Assembly: GCA_038727515.1 (NCBI GenBank)
Contig: JAVYVS010000006.1
Coordinates: 208 to 64,207 of the forward strand
Source: Candidatus Methanomethylicia archaeon
GTDB lineage: Archaea; Thermoproteota; Methanomethylicia; Culexarchaeales; Culexarchaeaceae
Direction of reading: 5' to 3'
Length of the DNA stretch: 64,000 bases
Position 1 is the stretch's first letter. Each line of letters opens with the position of its first letter. Made by a program: the position numbers and the translations under genes. The notes beneath the pieces are model-generated. The model did not search any database and was not told where the DNA came from. It saw only the letters and a list, made by a program, of their open reading frames with translations. Of the stretch, positions 49,257-58,679 are shown piece by piece.

Positions 49257-51073
49257 TGGCGAATTTCAAAGGTTTTTGTTACAATCTTTTTGGCTTTTTT
49301 GGTGATAAATTTGCATCTATATTTCCTTGGATTGATAAGTGGATTGAAGTTTCAGGTTTAAAGATTCATCCTTCAGTTTATTTCTCCATAACTTCCTTTA
49401 TCCTAATTTTATCTACATTTCCCTCAATACTCTTCATATTATTGGTGTTTATTGCATTTTTACAAATTGATTTACCTCAACCATTATTTAACCTGTTTTA
49501 TTCACTCTCATTTCTACCAATACCTTTAATAATATTCTTAATAATCTTACCTCTCATAGTATTTTCTTTATCCCTATTTCTTCCAATATTTATTTCTAAA
49601 AGTAAGATTTATGGTTTTGAACTTGAATTGCCTTATCTTTCTGCATATTTAACGATTATGGTGTCAAGTGGATTATCATTGTATAGAGGTCTTAAGAGGG
49701 TTATGAATAGCAAGGTCTTTAGTAGGGCTGGTATGTATGTGAGTGAAGTTGAAGTTTCATCTATAGCTAAGGGTATTGATCCACTTTATATTCTTGAAGA
49801 TTTTGCCAGTAAAATTAATGTTAAAGGATTTAAAGAGCTTGTTTCAGGTTATATTTCTACATTGAGGAGTGGTGGTGATGTTGCTGATTATGTTTATAAT
49901 AGGACTGAAATCTTATTTCAAGAAATGCTTTCTAGGGTGAAGGCTGTTGCTGATAGACTTGGTCTTTTAATGGAGGCTTTAATAACTGTTTTATGTCTTG
50001 GGGGTATAGGTTTAAACCTCTTCTTCATATGCTCTATGTCTATGAGTGATGTTCTTGGCATTCCAGCTATGAATGGAGATATATTCTTTATATTCTCCTT
50101 TATCCTTTTACCGTTGATAAATATAATTTTCATATATTTTGCTGATTCAACTCAAATAAGTTATCCAGAAAAAGTTTTTAAGAGGTATATTCCCTTTCTA
50201 ATACTCTTACCAATACTTTTCGTCACCATTTTTCTAATAGTAATTCCATATGTTTTCGATAATCCTATCCCACAATTCCTAAATCCCATTGTTGAATTTG
50301 TTAAGGATATTGCAAGTAGTAGAGCTGGTAATGTTGGATTTACTCCATCAATAATTCTTTGCTTAACTTTAATTATAATTAGTATTCCAGCTGCTATCTA
50401 TGATATCTTTCTCTCTAAAATTGAATCTGCATATGAATCTGGTTTAACAAGTTTTCTTAGGGATCTTGTGGAAGTTAGGAAGAGTGGTTTACCTCCAGAA
50501 AAATGTCTAATTCTACTTTCTAATAGGAGGTATGGTAGGTTTAATAAAATCTTAGATAATGTTAGGAGGGGTATTATCTGGGGTTTACCATTACGTAAAA
50601 TTTTTGAAAAAGTTTTTAATGAATTGGATAATTGGCTTGTTTCTGTAAATCTATTCCTATTAGTGGATACCATTGAGATTGGTGGTGGAAGTATTGAAAC
50701 TCTTGAGTCTATGACTAAGTTTTCTGAGACCTCTATGCTTGTTGAAAAAGAGAGGAAAGCTTTACTAAAACCTTTAATTCTTGTACCATATTTTGGAGCT
50801 ATATTACTAATTCTTGTTGGAATATCCTTTCTATCATTTATGAATAATATGTTGAGTATTTCTGGTAGTTCTCTTCCAATGGTTAGTTTAATTAAAATTC
50901 TTATGACTCCACTACCCATACAAATCTATACACTTGGTTTAGCTGCTGGTAAGATGAGTAGTGGTAGAGTTTCTGGAGGTTTTATTCATGCAATATTATT
51001 AACAACTATCGCTTTGATGGCTATACTCTTTAATTCTTCGATAAATCTCTCTGGATTTATTATGGGGGGTTAA
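49253..51073 (+). CDS. FlaJ/TadC-type polytopic membrane platform protein
   Basis: 606 aa with N-terminal TM helices. Two T2SSF-like cytoplasmic repeats are each followed by TM segments. Overlaps the ATPase stop codon. Confidence 0.8.
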   Translation: MMANFKGFCYNLFGFFGDKFASIFPWIDKWIEVSGLKIHPSVYFSITSFILILSTFPSILFILLVFIAFLQIDLPQPLFNLFYSLSFLPIPLIIFLIILPLIVFSLSLFLPIFISKSKIYGFELELPYLSAYLTIMVSSGLSLYRGLKRVMNSKVFSRAGMYVSEVEVSSIAKGIDPLYILEDFASKINVKGFKELVSGYISTLRSGGDVADYVYNRTEILFQEMLSRVKAVADRLGLLMEALITVLCLGGIGLNLFFICSMSMSDVLGIPAMNGDIFFIFSFILLPLINIIFIYFADSTQISYPEKVFKRYIPFLILLPILFVTIFLIVIPYVFDNPIPQFLNPIVEFVKDIASSRAGNVGFTPSIILCLTLIIISIPAAIYDIFLSKIESAYESGLTSFLRDLVEVRKSGLPPEKCLILLSNRRYGRFNKILDNVRRGIIWGLPLRKIFEKVFNELDNWLVSVNLFLLVDTIEIGGGSIETLESMTKFSETSMLVEKERKALLKPLILVPYFGAILLILVGISFLSFMNNMLSISGSSLPMVSLIKILMTPLPIQIYTLGLAAGKMSSGRVSGGFIHAILLTTIALMAILFNSSINLSGFIMGG

Positions 51074-51076
51074 CAA

Positions 51077-51856
51077 TTGGGTAGAGCTTCTACTGAAAAT
51101 AGACATAGTTTTGGGGCTTCTGAAATAATTGGGAATTTGATTATAGCTGCCACTATAATGGTTATCACTATTATTTCTGCTAATTTAGCTTTTACTATTA
51201 TTGAAGTTCAAGCTGCTCAAGCTGAATTTGAGAGTATAAAGGATTCTATGATCATTCTTGCTGATATAATTGAAGAGGTTAGTAGTAGGATGTATTCTTC
51301 TGGTTATGTTAAATTTAATTGTAAATATGGTCGTATAGATTTTCTTAAAGATAATGTTCATGTTGAAGTTTATTTGATTACTGAAATTAATAGTACTAAG
51401 ATTATTGATGATTATACTTCAAGTATTAGGTATACTTCTAGTTTGAGTTTTTCTGTAGTTGATGAGTATATTAGAGGTAGTAGTGGTATAGGGATTGGAG
51501 AATATTCTCAAGTTATTTCCATTAGAACTCTAATGAGTTATGGTTTTCCATCTATAATTTTGAGTGGTGGTAGTATTAGATTTCTTAGGGAGGGTGAAAT
51601 ATTTCTTTTTAGTAGGGGGATTTATACAAACGTTTATGAGCTTGTCTTTATAAGGTTGAAAATAGGTTCAACTTTTGGTTCTGGAAGTATTAATGTTAAA
51701 GCTTATAGTAAAAATGTTTTATTAAAAACTTTCTTTGTTGATTCCAATGGCATTTTAAAATTGTTTTTGAATGGTGTTCTCATTGATTCCAAGGGTATTA
51801 TTTCTCCAGCAATATTGTATGTAGCTTTATTGGAGGTTGAATTATCAACTGTGTGA
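51077..51856 (+). CDS. Pilin-like protein (N-terminal hydrophobic helix), otherwise unknown
   Basis: RHSFGASEIIGNLIIAATIMVITIISANLAF resembles the archaeal pilin N-terminal domain. A G-rich SD-like sequence lies upstream. Confidence 0.6.
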   Translation: MGRASTENRHSFGASEIIGNLIIAATIMVITIISANLAFTIIEVQAAQAEFESIKDSMIILADIIEEVSSRMYSSGYVKFNCKYGRIDFLKDNVHVEVYLITEINSTKIIDDYTSSIRYTSSLSFSVVDEYIRGSSGIGIGEYSQVISIRTLMSYGFPSIILSGGSIRFLREGEIFLFSRGIYTNVYELVFIRLKIGSTFGSGSINVKAYSKNVLLKTFFVDSNGILKLFLNGVLIDSKGIISPAILYVALLEVELSTV

Positions 51857-52382
51857 GGTGATGGTATTGACATCTATAATCACCCATATATTCTCTCTAT
51901 CTTCATTATTGATAATATTGTTTGCTTCCATAGTTTTTGTTCAAGATATGCAATTACTAAGTGTTATGAATACTTCAAGATTTCTTTGTATGGAGATTTC
52001 ACATAGAATTGCTTCTGATATTTCTAATCTCGTTAATATCGCTTTAACTACGGGTTCTAATAATATGATTATGGTTAAGGAACTTAATATTCCAAGTAAT
52101 ATTTTGGGTAGAAGTTTTATTGTCAGTTTAAAGGTTTATGGTGGATTTTATTATGTTGAAGTTGGAATTATTGATTGGAAATGGGTTAATTCTTCATCTA
52201 TAATTTCATTGAAAGCTTCATCTGATAAAGTTGTCTTTGAATTTGGAAGTGGGATTCTTCATTTTAGGGATAAAACAATTTATTATTCAAGTTCTTTTCT
52301 TGGAGGTGTTAAGAATTTGGTGATTTGGGTTTTTAAAGATGATCAATTGGTTAAAATTGGTTTAGGGGTGATGAAGAATTGA
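51837..52382 (+). CDS. Small membrane-anchored protein of the pilus operon, unknown
   Basis: N-terminal helix VLTSIITHIFSLSSLLIILFASIVFV. Likely start at ATG 51861. Overlaps neighbours on both sides. Confidence 0.55.
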   Translation: MNYQLCEVMVLTSIITHIFSLSSLLIILFASIVFVQDMQLLSVMNTSRFLCMEISHRIASDISNLVNIALTTGSNNMIMVKELNIPSNILGRSFIVSLKVYGGFYYVEVGIIDWKWVNSSSIISLKASSDKVVFEFGSGILHFRDKTIYYSSSFLGGVKNLVIWVFKDDQLVKIGLGVMKN

Positions 52383-53545
52383 ATAGTTGGATGGAATATG
52401 TTCTTTCAGCCTTCCTACTTGTACTCCTATTTTTATCTACTGTAACATACTTTATTCCTGTCTCTCTGTATAGAGCTACGTATATAGCTGAAGGTCAACT
52501 TCAATTGGAAGCTGAAAAGGTTTTAAATCAATTACTTTTATCTCCAGGTGATCCTCCGGATTGGGGTTGCCTCAACATTTCCATTTCTGAATTGAAAGCC
52601 TTTGGTTTAGCTGCTATTAATGGTGAAAGTTATAGTTTAGATGCTGATAAATTAATTAGGGTATTTGATTTCAGTTTAAGTGAATTTTCAAATATTGTAC
52701 CTATTAATTTAAATGATGTAATTAGTATACTTGGCTTGAAGGGTAAATATGGTTTGTATATGAAGCTTACACCTGCATTAAATTTATCTTTGCATAAGAT
52801 TTCTGATTATGTTTATAGGGTTGTTGTTAAAACTCATGAAGATATTCCTGTTGTTAATGCTAGGATTAAAGCTGTTAGAATTGCTGCATACTTTGATAAT
52901 AATGAGAAAACCGTTACTTATGTTGAAGATGTTTTAGATAGTGTTTATACTGATTATGATGGTAGTGCAATTTTAAATTTCACTGAAGTTGGGATGGAGG
53001 GTGGTGTTGGCTTCTTTATGGTTTTATATGTTGATTTTCATGGTTTTTCCGTTGTTTCAAGTTTTATTTATGGTAATAGTGGTTATGGTGTTATAATTGG
53101 AAACGATCTTTATGTTGGTCATATAGATGATGATTTCAATTTACAGGAGATTAAAACTAGGAAGGGTAAACCTAATAATCCTGGTGGTGGCGCTATACAT
53201 CTACTTCCTGCAGCTTTAATTGTTACTCCAAAATCCATTGAATCAACAGTGCTTTTTGATGGAAAAATTCTACCAATAACTCCTCAAGGTGGTGCTAGAC
53301 CATACTATAAATTTGAACTTGAAGGTTTAGATTCTGATGCTGTTATTGTGGCTTTTGTAATTAAGAATCTTGGTCAATATAAGTTGGTTGTAGCTAGGAG
53401 GGCATATAATTCTCTTGAGGGTGGTGTAAGAGGATTTGATAATAGTTTTTTTGCTCGTGGAGTTCATGTTAGAAGACTCGTAAAGATATGTGGCTTCTTA
53501 TATTATTTTGATATTGTTTTATGGAGGATTGTGGAAGAGGGTTAA
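52379..53545 (+). CDS. Large membrane-anchored extracellular protein of the pilus operon, unknown
   Basis: N-terminal helix YVLSAFLLVLLFLSTVTYFIPV followed by about 350 aa that look beta-rich. Overlaps the upstream stop. Confidence 0.55.
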   Translation: MNSWMEYVLSAFLLVLLFLSTVTYFIPVSLYRATYIAEGQLQLEAEKVLNQLLLSPGDPPDWGCLNISISELKAFGLAAINGESYSLDADKLIRVFDFSLSEFSNIVPINLNDVISILGLKGKYGLYMKLTPALNLSLHKISDYVYRVVVKTHEDIPVVNARIKAVRIAAYFDNNEKTVTYVEDVLDSVYTDYDGSAILNFTEVGMEGGVGFFMVLYVDFHGFSVVSSFIYGNSGYGVIIGNDLYVGHIDDDFNLQEIKTRKGKPNNPGGGAIHLLPAALIVTPKSIESTVLFDGKILPITPQGGARPYYKFELEGLDSDAVIVAFVIKNLGQYKLVVARRAYNSLEGGVRGFDNSFFARGVHVRRLVKICGFLYYFDIVLWRIVEEG

Positions 53546-54016
53546 TTGATGAATAGAATTGGGCAATTTAGAATTATTGAAACTCTAATAACTATTTTCT
53601 TAGTTATTGGGTCTATGATTATTGCAGTAAATTTACAGAAGGTTCCAAGTTCTTGGATTACTTATAGTGGTGAAGATCTTAAGAATATGGCTTTCAATAT
53701 ACTATGTGAAATCTCTATACCCATCATTGAACATGAAATTTTCAATCAAAATGAGAATTGGGAGAACAATATATTTTTTGCATTAAATACATTAATTCCA
53801 AAAAATATTTACTTTAATATAACCATATATGAAGTACTTCCCATGGATTCTAACGTTTCATTATTGAAAGTTGTTAATAGAATACCAATAACTAACATCC
53901 CAATTAATTATTATGGTAGAATTATGGAGGCTAAATCTGCTATTTATGTGCATACTTCGATGGATGGTAGAGTGTATATGATTGTTTTAACTTTGATTAG
54001 AGGTGGAGGAGGTTGA
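53546..54016 (+). CDS. Pilin-like protein, unknown
   Basis: MMNRIGQFRIIETLITIFLVIGSMIIAVNL, a G-Q motif followed by a hydrophobic helix. Confidence 0.55.
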   Translation: MMNRIGQFRIIETLITIFLVIGSMIIAVNLQKVPSSWITYSGEDLKNMAFNILCEISIPIIEHEIFNQNENWENNIFFALNTLIPKNIYFNITIYEVLPMDSNVSLLKVVNRIPITNIPINYYGRIMEAKSAIYVHTSMDGRVYMIVLTLIRGGGG

Positions 54017-54840
54017 AAAAGGATTCTAAAGGACAGCTTCCAATAATTATTGCTATAACTTTAAGTGGTATAATTATTTTTTCTGCATTAATTGCCTATA
54101 GAACTTCTTTACTTCCTAAGAGTATTGAGAGTTCTGATTGGATCCATGTAATAGTAAATGTTGATAGAGATTTCAAACGTATACTCAGAATTTCTCTAGC
54201 CAATTTTACACGTGAATTAATTGAAACGGGAAATGCAACTTCCTCTGAGTTTAAAGCTAGAGTTAAACTTGAAGTTTGGAGAATTGCATTTTCACTGGGT
54301 TATGTTGCTTCAAACTTAAATATTAGTATACATCCTAAGGGTAAAATTCTACTTAATGAATTCAGCTATACACTTCAAATAATTAAAGATGGTTCTATTT
54401 ACAATCAGATTGTTAATATCCCATATTTGAAGATTAAAGACGAGTTCTTCTTCAATTATAGTTGGGATCAGCCTTACAGTGTATCAATGGCTTATGCATC
54501 AATAAATCTAGATGTAGCTAAAGATGGAATTTATGGTTGGAATAATTCATATACGGTCTTTTCATCTATAAATATAACGAAGATAATTATAGATTCAAAT
54601 TTTAACATAATCATGATATACTTTAATTTCCGTACTGAAGATGATTCATATTCAAAACTTAATGAAAATTGTATTTCCATTATTATTAATGATACTCCAA
54701 TATCCTTTGATAGTTTAATTTATTATGGTTTAGGTAATTATAGTGTTAAAGCAAAATACACTTCTTACCCTCAAAAAATAGCTTTAATTGTAATTGATGG
54801 TAGGGGTATAATTGTTGCATCCAAAGTGATTCTCAATTAA
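54013..54840 (+). CDS. Pilin-like protein with class III signal-like motif, unknown
   Basis: MKKDSKGQLPIIIAITLSGIIIFSALIAY (KG/Q site). The SD-like ggaggagg sits directly upstream and the gene overlaps the previous stop. Confidence 0.6.
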   Translation: MKKDSKGQLPIIIAITLSGIIIFSALIAYRTSLLPKSIESSDWIHVIVNVDRDFKRILRISLANFTRELIETGNATSSEFKARVKLEVWRIAFSLGYVASNLNISIHPKGKILLNEFSYTLQIIKDGSIYNQIVNIPYLKIKDEFFFNYSWDQPYSVSMAYASINLDVAKDGIYGWNNSYTVFSSINITKIIIDSNFNIIMIYFNFRTEDDSYSKLNENCISIIINDTPISFDSLIYYGLGNYSVKAKYTSYPQKIALIVIDGRGIIVASKVILN

Positions 54841-54898
54841 TTCTCCATTTACAAAACATTTATATATTTCATATGTAATTTATTGTTGGTGTTGACAT

Positions 54899-56191
54899 GT
54901 GGCAACAATGAACAAAAAGGAAGTCATAAAAGAAATTTTAAAGGAGTTGCATAGAGGTGTTAGTATAGATGTTTTGAAGGAAAAGTTTAGTGATGTTTTG
55001 AAGAGTATTTCTTCAATGGAAATACCATTAATTGAGCAGGAACTAGTTAAAGAGGGTATCCCAATTCAAGAAATTCTAAAATTATGTGATTTACATGTTG
55101 CCTTATTTAGAGATTTCTTAGTTTCAAGAGAACTTAGTAATATTCCAAAGGGGCATCCATTAGAATTATTGTTAAAGGAGAATGAATATTTGCTTAAGGG
55201 AGCTGAAGCTTTAAATATTTATGCTATGGCTTTAACTAAAGCTGTTGGTGATGATGAAAGGAAATCTCTATACTCAAGTATTAGGGATGTTTTAAATGAT
55301 TTGAGGAAGATACGTATTCATTATAGGAAGATTCAGATGTTAATATTCCCCTATCTTGAAAGACGTGGTATAACTGCTGTTCCAAGGGTTCTCTGGGGTC
55401 GTGAAGATGAAGTTATCGTTAAAATGAGGAGTTTATTTAGATTAATGGATTCAATGGATTACCAAGAGATTTCTAAGAGGGCTATTGAATTGGCTAATGC
55501 TATTAGTGAAATAATATTTAGGGAAAATAGAATACTATTCCCAGCTGTTTGGTCATTATTTTCTGAAGGTGAATGGGCTGCATTTATGAATGAAGCTAAT
55601 AGGATTGGTTGGATTGTGAAATCTGATGTGGAATATATCTCTAGAGAGAAGCCTATTATGCCATATGAAATTAAAGGTGTAATTACAGAGGAGCAATTGA
55701 ATAAACTTCCACAGGAAATGAAGATTATGGCTTTAAGTGGTGGTGTACGTCCAGATGAATATGAATTGATTAGAAATGGAGATTTAGATTTGGATACTGG
55801 ATTCTTAAATATAAACGAGATTAAAAATATATTTCCAAGTTTACCATTGGAATTAACTTTTGCTGATGTAGATGATAGAGTTAGATTTTTTGTTGAAAGT
55901 AGGTTTCATAAAGGTTTTGTTAGAACAAAAACTATTTTGGGTAGGAGAGTTGAATATTGTCATCCACCGAGACTTGAAGCTTTTATTAGGAAAGTTTTAG
56001 ATGAACTTAAGAGTGGAGTTAAAGATCATGAAGTCTTCTGGACTAAGATGGGTGATAGAATTCTTAGAGTAATAGTTATTGCAGTTAAAGATGTTGATGG
56101 AAGGTATCTTGGTGCTTTAGAGATTGTTGAAGATTTAACTGAAGTTGTAGAGAATCCTGAAGAAGTGAAAAAGAAGATATTGGTAGTATAG
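54899..56191 (+). CDS. DUF438 / hemerythrin-like / PAS domain sensor protein
   Basis: The N-terminal DUF438-type segment (LKELHRGVSIDVLKEKF...IPLIEQELVKEGIPIQEILKLCDLHV) is followed by a central helical HHE-like region. A C-terminal PAS-like region (FADVDDRVRFF...YCHPPR...ALEIVEDLT) completes the protein. Confidence 0.75.
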   Translation: MATMNKKEVIKEILKELHRGVSIDVLKEKFSDVLKSISSMEIPLIEQELVKEGIPIQEILKLCDLHVALFRDFLVSRELSNIPKGHPLELLLKENEYLLKGAEALNIYAMALTKAVGDDERKSLYSSIRDVLNDLRKIRIHYRKIQMLIFPYLERRGITAVPRVLWGREDEVIVKMRSLFRLMDSMDYQEISKRAIELANAISEIIFRENRILFPAVWSLFSEGEWAAFMNEANRIGWIVKSDVEYISREKPIMPYEIKGVITEEQLNKLPQEMKIMALSGGVRPDEYELIRNGDLDLDTGFLNINEIKNIFPSLPLELTFADVDDRVRFFVESRFHKGFVRTKTILGRRVEYCHPPRLEAFIRKVLDELKSGVKDHEVFWTKMGDRILRVIVIAVKDVDGRYLGALEIVEDLTEVVENPEEVKKKILVV

Positions 56192-56193
56192 TT

Positions 56194-56613
56194 ATGAGGA
56201 ATCCATTGGAAATTGGCTATAGGTATGTAATTCCATCTTTGAAATCTCATTTAGTTAGATTACTCAATAATGAGTATGGTTTTGATCAAGTGGATATAAG
56301 TAGAATGCTTAAAATGTCTAGATCTACAGTTTCAAGGTATATCTCTATGAAGCGTGGTTCAACAATTGATTTAACAATTTTTGGTGATGTTAATAACATG
56401 CTTAAGGATCTTGCTAATAAACTAATACGTGGAGAATTGGATAAATATCTCTTGGAATTTGAATTTATTCGAATTACAATGTATATTTTAGGTAATAAGT
56501 ATCTTTGTGGATTTCATGCGAAATTGGATTTAGATGTAAATCCAAATACATGTATGATATGCCCAAAGATATTTGGAAGTTTAAAAATTAATTATTCAAT
56601 TGGTAATATATGA
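56194..56613 (+). CDS. Putative HTH transcriptional regulator with C-terminal Cys motif
   Basis: HTH-like QVDISRMLKMSRSTVSRYIS plus C-terminal CGFH...CMICP. Starts 3 nt after the sensor gene. Confidence 0.5.
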   Translation: MRNPLEIGYRYVIPSLKSHLVRLLNNEYGFDQVDISRMLKMSRSTVSRYISMKRGSTIDLTIFGDVNNMLKDLANKLIRGELDKYLLEFEFIRITMYILGNKYLCGFHAKLDLDVNPNTCMICPKIFGSLKINYSIGNI

Positions 56614-56901
56614 TTGAGTGATCTATTAATGGAAGACATCTCTCTAAATAATGTTTTGAATAGGGTTATTGAAGAATATAATAGGTTTAGAAGTCCTGAA
56701 GCTATTGCTTCAATAATTAAATTAGAAGATAATTACTTTATAATATCTTTTAAAGGACACTTCTGTTTTACATGTGGATTTTATGATTGGTTTGAAGATT
56801 TTAGATTGATATTAGAGGATTATGGTTTTAAAACTGAAATTAATGAGATAAATCAAGTGGATTTAGATTGCTTCCATGTAAAATTTACTTTAAAGTCTTG
56901 A
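56614..56901 (+). CDS. Small hypothetical protein (CxxC-containing)
   Basis: 95 aa with a GHFCFTCGFYDW motif. Abuts the upstream gene with no gap. Confidence 0.4.
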   Translation: MSDLLMEDISLNNVLNRVIEEYNRFRSPEAIASIIKLEDNYFIISFKGHFCFTCGFYDWFEDFRLILEDYGFKTEINEINQVDLDCFHVKFTLKS

Positions 56902-57160
56902 TTAATTTGCTTCCAGCATTTTGGTGGTTCACCATATCTAACTCTTTCCTTTGAATTCCATTTAAACCTCCATAGACCTCTACCAACATCCTCCAATGCT
57001 AATTTTAATTCTACCAACCCTAGTTTTATGATTTCTAATATAGCCGATGAAATTCCTCATGTATCTCAATAAATTATGAAATATTAAGAATATGAATAGT
57101 TCAATTTCACATTTTAGAAACCTTTAAAATCTAAATTAAACTACTTTTAAAGGTGTTTAA

Positions 57161-58111
57161 ATGGTTTTGGCGAGGATTATTGGCACGAGTAATGCAGGAC
57201 CCTTCTTAAGTATTGGTATTGAAATTTTGAAGAAGGGTGGATCAGCTATTGATGCTGTGGAAGCTACTGTTAATGCCGTGGAAGATTATCCCTTTGAGTA
57301 TACTGTTGGTTATGGCGGTATACCTAATCTTTTAGGTGAAGTTGAACTTGATGCTTCTATTATGGATGGAAAAACCTTAAGAGCTGGTGCTGTTGCAGGT
57401 ATAAAACACTTTAAAAATCCAATTTCCATTGCAAGGAAGATTATGGAATTAACACCACACGTTCTATTGATAGGTGAAGGAGCTGAACTATTCGCTGAAA
57501 CCATAGGATTTAAGAAATGTGAATTATTAACTGAAAACTCTAGAAAGATCTATAACGCTTTTCTTAAAGATGCAATAGATGAACTTGAGGGAATATTTGA
57601 AGATGAAGAAACTAAAATCCACTTATATCAGTATGTTAAAGATTTTAAGTTAAGAGATTGGTATGAGAAGTTGCATGTGAAACATGAAGGTACAACAAAT
57701 GTTATTGCTATGGATTCTGAAGGAAATATATGTGTTGGTGTTTCCACCAGTGGAACACTATTAAAACTTCCTGGTAGAGTTGGAGATTCAGCTATTATTG
57801 GAGCTGGAAATTATGCCGATAATAATTATGGTGGAGCTGCATGCACTGGAAGAGGAGAATTAACCATAAGATGCTCTACTGCAAAAAGCATAATATACTA
57901 TCTTAAAGAAGGTTTAAGTGTGGAAGAAGCATGTATAAAGGCGATAAAAGATATAAATAGATTAAATGAAAAGGGAGGAGTAAACTGTATAGCTATGGAT
58001 AAAAATGGAAATACATGGGCTGCATCCAATAGAAGAACGCCAATATACTACTACATGGATATCAACATGGAAAAACCAGAAAAGAGGGAAGGATCCTTAA
58101 TAAAACAATAA
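57161..58111 (+). CDS. Ntn-hydrolase of the asparaginase 2 family (isoaspartyl peptidase / glycosylasparaginase-like)
   Basis: GGSAIDAVEATV, GYGG.PN, DASIMDG, the autoprocessing region HEGTTNVIAMD, and GDSAIIGAG...ACTGRGE. Confidence 0.8.
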   Translation: MVLARIIGTSNAGPFLSIGIEILKKGGSAIDAVEATVNAVEDYPFEYTVGYGGIPNLLGEVELDASIMDGKTLRAGAVAGIKHFKNPISIARKIMELTPHVLLIGEGAELFAETIGFKKCELLTENSRKIYNAFLKDAIDELEGIFEDEETKIHLYQYVKDFKLRDWYEKLHVKHEGTTNVIAMDSEGNICVGVSTSGTLLKLPGRVGDSAIIGAGNYADNNYGGAACTGRGELTIRCSTAKSIIYYLKEGLSVEEACIKAIKDINRLNEKGGVNCIAMDKNGNTWAASNRRTPIYYYMDINMEKPEKREGSLIKQ

Positions 58112-58207
58112 TACAATACTCTTTTACATATGTTAAAACTTATACATGAAAAGATTTAAATGCAAAACCTACATAAAATATATTTTTGGAGGTGGTTTAA
58201 CCCCCAA

Positions 58208-58231
58208 CCAATTAATTAGTTAATTAATTGG
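58208..58231. repeat. Perfect 11-bp-arm palindrome
   Basis: ccaattaatta-gt-taattaattgg. Confidence 0.85.
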
Positions 58232-58296
58232 TATAAACCCTCATACAATTAAATACAAACATTCCCTTTTAAAACGTATAAAATCTCTTAAACCTT

Positions 58297-58324
58297 TCCA
58301 AATTTTGGAGGGGGGCAGCGACCC
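58297..58324. repeat. Dyad (tccaaa-t-tttgga) followed by a G6 string and gcgacc; partner in inverted orientation at 58503..58523
   Basis: tccaaattttggaggggggcagcgaccc. The core TTTGGAG(G) also occurs at 58185-58192 and 58411-58417 (+), and inverted at 58513-58520. Confidence 0.7.
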
Positions 58325-58502
58325 ATAAACCATCCCCAATATCCTCATCATTTTTCATCAACAAAAGCTTAACATTAAACTAGCAATGTAATAAAATTCA
58401 AATCAACCTTTTTGGAGAACCACTATTAACCATTATTAAAGGCTCCCCAGCCATCTACAAATTTGTGTACATTGTAGTCTTCATTGCTATCAATTGATTT
58501 AA

Positions 58503-58523
58503 GGTCGCCCCAAACCTCCAAAC
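58503..58523. repeat. Inverted copy of the TTTGGAGG...GGGG..GCGACC motif
   Basis: The reverse complement reads gtttggaggtttggggcgacc, compared with ttttggaggggggcagcgacc at 58303-58323. Confidence 0.7.
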
Positions 58524-58679
58524 TACACTATTTTTAATATCTTCTCATTTTTTTAACAAACATGATTATTTAAGAAATAATCTCCATAATTGTATAAATT
58601 AAATATAAAATGAGGAAAACTTAAAATCCTACAATAGATTTCCATTAAATGTGGCAATTACAATAGTTGCAATAAAGTT

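Noticed and set aside
47084-54840. Interpretation of the ATPase/platform operon as an archaellum (fla/arl) locus
   Set aside because: No FlaF/FlaG-type, FlaH (KaiC-like Walker) or FlaX/FlaCDE genes are present. The downstream genes are pilin-like proteins of heterogeneous size instead.
58330-58350. C/D box sRNA in the long spacer (the minus strand contains aTGATGAgg)
   Set aside because: No CTGA D box or D'/C' pair lies at the expected 10-12 nt guide spacing downstream, and there is no terminal stem.
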